Notes under the pieces: generated by a model
What the model was told of the DNA's origin: nothing
The model's database searches: none
The model's input: the letters and a program-made list of their open reading frames with translations, nothing else
IMG/VR virus record: IMGVR_UViG_2767802109_000003
Location: 15,691 to 79,690 of that record
Reading direction: 5' to 3' (one strand)
Length of the DNA stretch: 64,000 bases
Origin: a virus
Taxonomy: Duplodnaviria > Caudoviricetes
Shown: one piece after another, positions 34,984 to 43,200 of the stretch
How positions within the stretch are numbered: position 1 is the stretch's first letter
Layout of the letters: each line of letters opens with the position of its first letter
Made by a program: the position numbers and the translations under genes

Positions 34984-35835
34984 TTGTCCATCAACAACTT
35001 CAAGCCCGAGGTCTGGAGCGCGCAGCTTCTCGTCGGCCTCCGCGGCGCCCTGGTGTACGCGCAGCCGCAGCTCGTGAACCGCAACTACGAGGGCGAGATC
35101 ACGACCCGCGGCCAGTCCGTGCACATCACCACGGTCGGCGATCCGACGATCTTCGACTACGACGCGGGCGACACGATCAACTACGAGGACATCGAGACCG
35201 CGGGCACGGACCTGATCATCGATCAGGCCAAGGCGTTCGCTTTCAAGATCGACGACGTGGACAAAGCCCAAGCCCTCCTCAACCCCATGTCGGACATGGC
35301 GCAGAACGCCGCCTACGGACTCCGCGACAAGGCCGACGCCTACGTCGCCAGCCTCTACACCGGCGTCGCCGCCGCCAACACGGTCGGCACCACCGGTGCA
35401 CCGATCAGCCTCAGCGATCCGAAGGACGCCTACGACAAGGTCCTCGTGCCGCTGCGCACCCGGCTCGACCGGGCCAACGTCCCTACCGAGGGGCGCTACT
35501 TCGTTGGCTCCCCCGAGTTCGAGGGCGCACTCCTCCGCGACGACCGGTTCGTCCGCGTCGATGCCTCCGGAAGCGAGCAGGGCCTCCGCAACGGCATGAC
35601 GGGTCGCGCCGCCGGCTTCGACATCCTCAAGTCGAACAACACCCCCAACCCGACCGGCAGTGTCCAGGTCATGCAGGCCGGCTACCCGGGGGCGATCACC
35701 TACGCCGAGCAGATCCTGGAGACCGAGGCGCTGCGCCTCCAGTCCACGATCGCCGACGCCATCCGCGGCCTCCACGTATACGGCGCCAAGTTGCTGCGCC
35801 CGACCGGCATCGCCGTGGCGTTCGTCCAGCCGTGA
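34984..35835 (+). CDS. Major capsid protein
   Basis: SINNFKPEVWSAQLL..VNRNYEGEI..GLHVYGAKLLRP; AGGAG RBS before TTG. Confidence 0.9.
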   Translation: MSINNFKPEVWSAQLLVGLRGALVYAQPQLVNRNYEGEITTRGQSVHITTVGDPTIFDYDAGDTINYEDIETAGTDLIIDQAKAFAFKIDDVDKAQALLNPMSDMAQNAAYGLRDKADAYVASLYTGVAAANTVGTTGAPISLSDPKDAYDKVLVPLRTRLDRANVPTEGRYFVGSPEFEGALLRDDRFVRVDASGSEQGLRNGMTGRAAGFDILKSNNTPNPTGSVQVMQAGYPGAITYAEQILETEALRLQSTIADAIRGLHVYGAKLLRPTGIAVAFVQP

Positions 35836-35883
35836 TCTTCCGGCGTGATCCTCGCCGCCTCTTCTGACCCCGGGAGCCCTCCC

Positions 35884-36261
35884 ATGCCTCGCACAGCTGT
35901 CAGCTACACCCCGCTCGTCCCGAACGGGCACCTGTCCAACCCGGCCGGTACCACGATCGACGCTGCCCTCGTCACCAACGGCGTCGTCATCAACGGCGTC
36001 GACCCGGAGCACACCCTGCTGCGCGTCAACAACACCGCCACGAGCGCCAAGAACGTAACCGTCCGCACCGGCAGCGGCCACCAGTCATGGATGGCCGGAC
36101 AGGGCGACATCGTCCAGTCCGTCGGTGCGAACACCGGCTCCGAGTTCCTCGGCCCGTTCACGTCCGCCCGGTTCCAGCAGGCCGGCTCGAAGCTGCATGT
36201 CGACTTCGAGTCCGGGTTCACCGGCACGATCACCGTGTTCAAGCTGCCGAAGGCGTTCTGA
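35884..36261 (+). CDS. Virion structural protein (decoration-like)
   Basis: Beta-rich, directly after capsid; GPFTSARF. Confidence 0.65.
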   Translation: MPRTAVSYTPLVPNGHLSNPAGTTIDAALVTNGVVINGVDPEHTLLRVNNTATSAKNVTVRTGSGHQSWMAGQGDIVQSVGANTGSEFLGPFTSARFQQAGSKLHVDFESGFTGTITVFKLPKAF

Positions 36262-36262
36262 C

Positions 36263-36883
36263 ATGGGGCGCCGCGAGTACATCGGTACGGGAGGGCTCCG
36301 GGTTCACCTGGACGATCCGCCCACCCCGGAGATGGCCAAGCAGATCAAGCGCGGCGACCTCACGCCCGTGAACGGCCAGGCTCCGGACGTGGAGGCCGGA
36401 GACAAGTCGCTCGTCGTCGTGCACGGCTCCGAGGCTTCGACCGCGGACCGGTTCGGAGTGCACCGGCCGGCGCCCGGCGAGAAGCCGGACCCGCGCGGCA
36501 CGGCCAAGGACTGGGCGACCTACGCGGTTGCGCTCGGCCTGGAGGCCACGCAGGCGTCCACGCTGTCCCTGACCCAGCTGCAGGAGTGGGTTGAGGCGCA
36601 CGAGAACGCGCTGGGGGAGGGCGTCGAGGCGCCCGTGCCCGCGGTTGACGCGGACTCCCCGGACGCAGTCGTCCCCGACGGCGCCTCCGGGCCGCCGCAG
36701 GTGGAGAAGCCTGCGTCGAACGCGAAGGTCGCCGACTGGCGCACCTACGTGATCGCGCTCGGCATGGACCCGAACGAGGCGAAGGACGCCACGAAGGCCG
36801 ACTGCCAGGACTACGCGCAGACCGTCGAAGAGGCCCGCGCCGCCCAGCCCGGCGAGGACTCCGAGACCGAGGGCCAGGAGTAG
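36263..36883 (+). CDS. Head-associated protein with two small helical repeats
   Basis: AKDWATYAVALG and KVADWRTYVIALG repeats. Confidence 0.7.
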   Translation: MGRREYIGTGGLRVHLDDPPTPEMAKQIKRGDLTPVNGQAPDVEAGDKSLVVVHGSEASTADRFGVHRPAPGEKPDPRGTAKDWATYAVALGLEATQASTLSLTQLQEWVEAHENALGEGVEAPVPAVDADSPDAVVPDGASGPPQVEKPASNAKVADWRTYVIALGMDPNEAKDATKADCQDYAQTVEEARAAQPGEDSETEGQE

Positions 36884-36886
36884 GCC

Positions 36887-37267
36887 ATGGCGTATGCGAC
36901 CGTCAGCGACCTCGAGGCGTGGCTCACCCCCGAGCCTGCGCCGGCGAATGCTGTGCGCCTGCTGGAGCGGGCGTCCACGGCGATCGACAGGGCGTTGTAC
37001 GGCCTCGCATACGACAGGGACGATCCCGAAGTGCTGAAGGTGCTGTCGCGGGCGTGTGTGCGGCAGGCCCACTGGCTGATCGACCGTGAGGACGAGACCG
37101 GCGCTCAGGATGACCTGGCGTCGATGTCGACGGGGCAGCGCTCGTTTTCCCGGCGCGCACCGAAGGACGGCGATAGCAGCGGTAGCAGTCAGCGGCTGAC
37201 CTCGTCCGCCGCCGACGTCCTGAAGGTCAGCGGTCTGTTTCACGGCTTCGTCTGGACGTGGGGCTGA
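36887..37267 (+). CDS. Head-tail adaptor
   Basis: MAYATVSDL..LLERASTAID..ACVRQA; position. Confidence 0.75.
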   Translation: MAYATVSDLEAWLTPEPAPANAVRLLERASTAIDRALYGLAYDRDDPEVLKVLSRACVRQAHWLIDREDETGAQDDLASMSTGQRSFSRRAPKDGDSSGSSQRLTSSAADVLKVSGLFHGFVWTWG

Positions 37268-37608
37268 TGCCGTACAACATCGGCCGCCAGACCGTCACCG
37301 TCCTCGCCGCACCGCTGATCGACGGCCCGTACAACTCCAAGGTGCGGGACTGGGAGAACGCCAACCAGACTCCGGTGTCCGGCTGCACGGTCGACATCAC
37401 CGGCACGTCGGAGACGAAGAACGCGTCCGACCAGACAGTGACGACCGCCCGCCTGGACCTGCCTGCGCACGCGCCGGTCGCCGTGACCGAGTGGATGCGC
37501 GTCTCCTGGCAGGGCCGCACCTGGGAAGTCGACGGGGTCCCCTCCGACCCGGAAGCGGCCGGGCCTCTGGCCGGGCAGGTCGTCAACCTGCGGGAGGTGG
37601 CGGGCTGA
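37267..37608 (+). CDS. Head-tail closure (stopper) protein
   Basis: Beta-rich, RVSWQGRTWEVDG; position. Confidence 0.75.
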   Translation: MPYNIGRQTVTVLAAPLIDGPYNSKVRDWENANQTPVSGCTVDITGTSETKNASDQTVTTARLDLPAHAPVAVTEWMRVSWQGRTWEVDGVPSDPEAAGPLAGQVVNLREVAG

Positions 37609-37946
37609 TGGCCACCCGAGTCGACATCGACGTGGAGATCGACGCCGAGGCCATCGAGGTCGATCTGCCGCTCGACGATGCCGTGCAGGCCGACCTTGCG
37701 GGGCGCATGAAACGCGTCGAAGCCGTGGCCATCGCTACAGCACCCGTCTACACGGGCGAGTTCCGCGACAGCATCCACGCCGTCGAGCAGCCCGACCCGG
37801 ACGGCACCCGGCACGTCGACGCCGACGCCGCCCACTCCTACTACGTCGAGCACGGCACGACGCAGCGGGACCGCCACGGGCGGGCGATCCACCGACCCCA
37901 CTACACGCTCGGTCACGCACTTGACGCTGCCGGCGGCGACCACTGA
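37608..37946 (+). CDS. HK97 gp10-like neck protein
   Basis: APVYTGEFRDSI..YVEHGT. Confidence 0.8.
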   Translation: MATRVDIDVEIDAEAIEVDLPLDDAVQADLAGRMKRVEAVAIATAPVYTGEFRDSIHAVEQPDPDGTRHVDADAAHSYYVEHGTTQRDRHGRAIHRPHYTLGHALDAAGGDH

Positions 37947-37961
37947 TGAAGGAGAACACCG

Positions 37962-38285
37962 ATGGCTGACGGCGACGTCGTGAAGATGAAGCTCACGTTC
38001 TGGCGGGGCGACAAGGCCCCCGGCGACCTCATCGAGGTCCCCGCCGACGAGGTGCACCGCTGGAAGGGCTTCGCTGAGCAGGTCGGCGAACCCACACCGT
38101 CCGGCGAGTCGACCACCCCGGCAGCCGCGAACAGCCCGTTCCCGCGGCCGGCCGACGGGGCGAAGGTCGACGACTGGCGTACCTACGCCGTCCACCTCGG
38201 CATGGAGCAGGCCGACGCCGACAAGGCCACCAAGGCGGACCTCCAGGACTACGCGGCCAAGACCGCCGCCGGGTCGAAGGCCTGA
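37962..38285 (+). CDS. Small virion protein with helical repeat
   Basis: AAGGAG RBS; KVDDWRTYAVHLG motif. Confidence 0.7.
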   Translation: MADGDVVKMKLTFWRGDKAPGDLIEVPADEVHRWKGFAEQVGEPTPSGESTTPAAANSPFPRPADGAKVDDWRTYAVHLGMEQADADKATKADLQDYAAKTAAGSKA

Positions 38286-38286
38286 C

Positions 38287-38718
38287 ATGGCGACGCCGGT
38301 TGTCCTCCCCGACAGCAAGCAGATCGCCATCGACCTGCTGTCGGCCGCCCTCGACGGCGTGCACGTCACGGGGAAGCTGCCGGAGGGCGCAGCGCTCAAC
38401 GCGGTTCTGCCCGCGGTGCGGATCCTGCGGATCGGCGGCGTAGCGGACCTGCGGGGCTGGGCCGATCCGGCGACACGGGACAACCCCCGCTTCTCCGTCG
38501 ACTGCTACGGCGCAGACGAAGGCAAGGCCATGCAGCTCGCGCTGCGCGTCCTCGCCGTCTGGGAGGTGCTCACAAGCCGGTCCACCGCCAACGGCGAGGT
38601 GACCGGCATCAGCCAGGAGACCGGCCCGCAGGACCGGCCCGAAGACCTCAACTCCGACGCATTCCGCGTCGGGATGATCCTGGGGATGAGCGTGCGCCCA
38701 CCCCGTGTGACCAGCTAG
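38287..38718 (+). CDS. Tail terminator protein
   Basis: Position before tail tube; RFSVDCYG. Confidence 0.75.
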   Translation: MATPVVLPDSKQIAIDLLSAALDGVHVTGKLPEGAALNAVLPAVRILRIGGVADLRGWADPATRDNPRFSVDCYGADEGKAMQLALRVLAVWEVLTSRSTANGEVTGISQETGPQDRPEDLNSDAFRVGMILGMSVRPPRVTS

Positions 38719-38728
38719 GAGGCCCATC

Positions 38729-39328
38729 GTGGGCGACGCAGCGAACATCATCGTCGGCACAGCCGGCAAGGCATACCGGGCCGAGGTCGGGGCGACGTTC
38801 CCGACCGGCCCGGAGGAGGCGTGGGGCAGCGACTTCACCGACCTCGGCTTCATCACCCCCGACGGGTTGGAGGAGGCGCTCGAGGAGGAGCGCACCCAGC
38901 TCGACGCGTGGGGCGAGGACGCCCCGGTCGTCGACCTCGCCAGGAAGCGCACCCAGACGTTCAAGTTGGTGTTCCGCGAGACGAACGCCTACAACCTCAG
39001 CCTGTACTACCAGGTGCGGCTGGCGTCGATGACGTCGACTCCGGCGGTGACCACGCCCACGGCGAAGAAGCAGTTCGTCAGCTTTGGGTCCGGGTCGGTG
39101 AACGACACGGTAGAGATCGCCCTCGGCCTCGACGTGATCATGTCGGGGAAGCGGCACCGCATCATGATCGCCCGCTGTGGCGTGTCCGACCGCGAAGCCG
39201 TCAAGCACTCCTCAGAGGAGTCCTCGAACTTCGGCATGACGTTCACCGCCCTCGCCGCGCCGGGTGGTGCACAGAGCGTCCAGCACATGATCACCGACGT
39301 CACGCTGCCCGCCCCCGAAACGCCGTAA
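38729..39328 (+). CDS. Major tail tube protein
   Basis: DLGFITPDGL..LDAW..; GGAGG RBS. Confidence 0.85.
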   Translation: MGDAANIIVGTAGKAYRAEVGATFPTGPEEAWGSDFTDLGFITPDGLEEALEEERTQLDAWGEDAPVVDLARKRTQTFKLVFRETNAYNLSLYYQVRLASMTSTPAVTTPTAKKQFVSFGSGSVNDTVEIALGLDVIMSGKRHRIMIARCGVSDREAVKHSSEESSNFGMTFTALAAPGGAQSVQHMITDVTLPAPETP

Positions 39329-39337
39329 CCCCCGACT

Positions 39338-39403
39338 GGTGGTCCGTCGCGCTCAATCCCTTGGGCGGGGGCGGCACGACGGACCACCTGCACGCCCCCG
39401 CCC
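39338..39403 (+). other. H-type pseudoknot-capable intergenic RNA structure
   Basis: Stem1 39338-49/39377-88 (12 bp), stem2 39363-73/39393-403 (11 bp), both perfect. Confidence 0.5.
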
Positions 39404-39430
39404 CGCCCTCGCCCAGAAGGAACCCCAGCC

Positions 39431-39844
39431 ATGTCCAAGCCCAACCGCAAGGTCATCCGCCTCCAGCAGATGCGCGCCCAGCGCGCACAGGCCACCAAGA
39501 CCCAGTTCGTCGACATCGTCTTCGAGAACGAGCACGGGCAGGAAGAGACGTGCACCCTGCCCACCCAGGACGACTGGCCCGTCGAAGTCATCGAGGCGGT
39601 GGAGAAGGACGGCGGTGACGCCAACATCGGCCTGCTCCGACAGCTCGCCGTACCCCCGGACTCCTTCGACCGGCTGCTGAAGATCGGCCGGCTCACCGTC
39701 GGCGAACTCAAGGAGATCGTCGAAGACCTCTCCGACGAGGCCGGGACGACGGAGGGGGAAGGCAGTGGCTCCTCGACGTCCTCCGACAGCACGCCGGGAG
39801 CCTCCGCGCCGACATCCAGCGCTACTACCCAGGCCGCCGCCTAG
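39431..39844 (+). CDS. Tail assembly chaperone (G)
   Basis: Between tail tube and tape measure; contains slippery site. Confidence 0.85.
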   Translation: MSKPNRKVIRLQQMRAQRAQATKTQFVDIVFENEHGQEETCTLPTQDDWPVEVIEAVEKDGGDANIGLLRQLAVPPDSFDRLLKIGRLTVGELKEIVEDLSDEAGTTEGEGSGSSTSSDSTPGASAPTSSATTQAAA

Positions 39845-40257
39845 AGGAGTTCTGGCGCATGTCCACCGGAGACGGGTCGATGAACTGGGCCGAGCTACGC
39901 GACCTGGTCCAGGCACTCCCCGAGGACTCCGCCACCAAGGCCGCCCTCGCAGGCGACACAGAAGGCCGCCGCTGGGACAGCAGCACTTTCCTCCTCGCCG
40001 CCATCTACAACGCCCATCTGATGAGCATCCGCATCCTCTGGTCCGCCCACCTGAAAGGGCGGCCACCCGCGATGGAGCCGATCCAGCCGCCCGCGCTGGA
40101 GGCGCACGAGGAAGCCGACGCGGCCAAGGAACAGGCGCAGCAGCGGGCCGAGCAGTACCTGGACGGCTTCTCCCCGGCACGGGCCCAGGAGACCGACCAG
40201 GCAGAAATCGACGAATGGCAGGCCCGGCTCGCCGAGCTCGACGCAGCACACGGATAG
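39754..40257 (+). CDS. Tail assembly chaperone GT extension via -1 frameshift at GGGGGAA (39754-39760)
   Basis: -1 frame is open from the slippery site: RQWLLDVLRQHAGSLRADIQRYYPG..MNWAELRDL. Confidence 0.82.
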   Translation, partial: GGRQWLLDVLRQHAGSLRADIQRYYPGRRLEEFWRMSTGDGSMNWAELRDLVQALPEDSATKAALAGDTEGRRWDSSTFLLAAIYNAHLMSIRILWSAHLKGRPPAMEPIQPPALEAHEEADAAKEQAQQRAEQYLDGFSPARAQETDQAEIDEWQARLAELDAAHG

Positions 40258-40272
40258 GGGAGGGAGGGCAGC

Positions 40273-43200
40273 ATGGCGGAGCCCAGTGTCGTCGGACGCA
40301 CCCGGGTATCGCTGATACCGGACACGACGCGTTTCGGCGCGACCATGCTGGAGGAACTCCCGAAGGCGGCACGGCCGGGTGCCATCAAGGCCGGCGACGT
40401 CATCGCCGACACGATCACCCGCAAGGTGCGGAGTGCGGTCGCCAAGCTGAAGCCCGTCGTCAAGGTCGGCCTCGACCTTGACACGGCGGCGACGAAGACG
40501 GCGCTGGACAAGCTGACCGCCCCCCGCAAGATCAAGCTCGGTGTCGACCTCGACACCGGCACGGCGAAGACAAAACTCGACGAGCTCACGAAGGCCCGCA
40601 CCGTCAAAGTCACGGCGCAGCTCTCGGACCAGCAGGCAACGGCGACTCTCGACAAGCTCACCAAACCCCGCACCGTGAAAATCACGGCGTCCGTGGACAG
40701 CACCGAAGCCGAGAAGAAGCTCGACACACTGGTCCGGCAGCGGACGGTCGACATCCTCCCGCAAATCCAGAGGGCCGCCTACGACCGGGCAGAACGGGAC
40801 CTTGCCCGACTCTGCCGGGACCGCTACGTCAACATTTACACGCGGGTCAACACCCGCGTCGGTGCACAAGATCTGCAGAACCTGACCCGCAATCGCACAG
40901 TGCGGATCGACGCAGACGTCGACACGCGGGCCGCAGCGGCGAGCCTGGCGGCCCTGACCGCCCGGCGCAGCGTCACCGTCAACGCGAACGCCGACACCGC
41001 CGCCGCAGCAGCCCGCCTCGCCCTGCTCACACGGGACCGCAGCATCAACGTCCGGGTCCGTACCATCGGCCTCGGCGCACTCACCGCAGGACTCGGCGCC
41101 GCCGGAAGCAGCGGCAGAGCCTTCTCGTCTCTGGGCGCCCGAATCGCTGCGATCGGCGTAGCCGCCATCACGGCCCTGCCCACCATCGCCTCCCTCGGCT
41201 CCGCCCTCGCACAGCTCGGGCCACTCGCAGCAACCGCAGCCCCAGCGCTCGGTCTCCTCATCGGCGGATTCGCCGCGATCAAGATCGGCACCAAGGGTGT
41301 CGGTGACGCCATCAAGGCCGCCTTCCAGCCCGTCGCCGCAGAGGGCGCGAAGGCTGCGTCGGCAACCCGGCAAGTCGAGGACGCGCAACGCTCCCTCGCC
41401 CGCGCCCAACGCGCCGTGTCGGACGCCCAACGGGCCGCAGCCGAACGCGTCCGCCAAGCCGAACTTCAAGTCGCCAACGCAGAACGCGACCTCGCATCGG
41501 CACAACGCGACGCCCGACAGGCACAGCAGGATCTCACCGCAGCCCGCAGGCAAGCCGCCCGCGACCTGCAGGACATGAACCAGCGGCTCAAAGAAGGCCG
41601 CCTGTCCGAGGCAGAAGCCACCCTCGCCATCCAGCAGGCCGAGGAAGACCTGGCCCGAGTCCGCTCCGACCCGGCCGCAACCCAGTTGCAGATCCAGCAG
41701 GCTGACCTCACCCGCGAGCGGGCGGTCGCGTCGCTGGAGGCGCAGCGCATCGAAATGCAGCGCCTCCAGCAGGACACCGCCGCCGCCAACAAAGCCGGCG
41801 TCGAGGGCTCGCAGGCTGTCGTCCAGGCCAAGCAGCAGATCGCCGCCGCGGACACGCGGGTAGCTGATGAGCAGCGCACCCTGGCCGAGGCGCAGCGCGA
41901 TGTGACCCGCGCCCAGGTGGACGGCCAGCGGCAGGTCGCCGACGCGCAGGAAGCCGTAGCGGACGCGGTACGCCGCCTCGGCGAAGCGCAGGAGACCACG
42001 GCCGCGCAGACCAGCAAACTGGACGAGGCCCTCGCCCGTCTGTCGCCGAACGCCCGCGCCTTCGTGGGAGCCCTGCAGACGATGGCACCCGCCTGGCGAG
42101 GCATGAAACTCGACGTACAGGACGCCCTGTTCGCCAACCTCGGTAGCCGCCTTCAGACGGTGGGCGGACAGATCCTGCCCACCGTGCGGGCAGGCCTCGT
42201 CGGCGCTGCCGGCGAGCTCAACACGAAGGCGCACAACGCACTCAGTGCTGTGTCCAATCTGCAGCGGGCGGGAACACTCGGTCAGGTCTTCGACGGGCTG
42301 CGGCAGAACCTGGGCACCGTCTCCCGTATCCCCGGCCAGCTTGTCACTGGCTTCGCGCAGCTGTCGGTGGCCGCCCAGCCCGCCTTCGACCGCATGGCGA
42401 GCGGCCTGGCCGGGGCCATGGACCGGGCCATGGCCAAGCTCGGCACCGCCTTCCAGGACGGCCGACTTGAGGAGGCCATCAACACGGCACTCGACGTGGC
42501 CGTCAAGTTCGGCGGCGTCCTCGCCGACCTGGGCGGCATCTTCGCCGGGATCTTCAAGGCCGCGGGCGCGGCGGGCGGCGACTTCTTCGGCGTCATCGGC
42601 GCAGCGCTGAAGGAGATCCGCCGGGTCATCGAGATGCCCGAGGTGCAGGCGGCCCTGACCCAGATCTTCAAGGCCCTCAACGCCGTCGCCGGACTGCTGG
42701 CCGGAGCGCTCGGCGCAGCCTTGCAGGCATTCCTGCCGGTGCTCGCCGCCATGTCCCCGGTCATCCAGCAGCTTGCGGAGAAGCTCGGCCCGGTCGTCGC
42801 CCAGATCTTTCAGCAGCTGGCCACAGCGCTGATGCCGGTCATCGAAGCACTGATGCCGATCATCGCCGATGTGGTCGGCGTCATCGCGGACCTGGCCGTG
42901 CAGCTGCTGCCGCTGCTGCAACCGATCGGCCTGCTGATCGCCGAGATCCTGAAGGCGGTCGCCCCGTTCATCACGATGATCGGCGGGCTGCTGACTACGC
43001 TGCTGCCTCCGCTGGTGCAGGCCATCACCCCCGTGATCATGGCGCTGCTGCCCGCAGTCGCCATGATCGGGCAACTGCTGGCCCAGCTCGCACCACTGTT
43101 TCCGCCGATCCTCCAGGCGCTCCTGCCGCTGCTGCCGCCGCTCACCCAACTGGCCCTGTCGCTCATCACCCTGGCCATGCAGGTCATCACCCCGCTGATG

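Noticed and set aside
40440-41060. Repeats at the tape measure N-terminus (LDKLT..RTVK)
   Set aside because: Typical tape measure repeat structure, explained by the annotation
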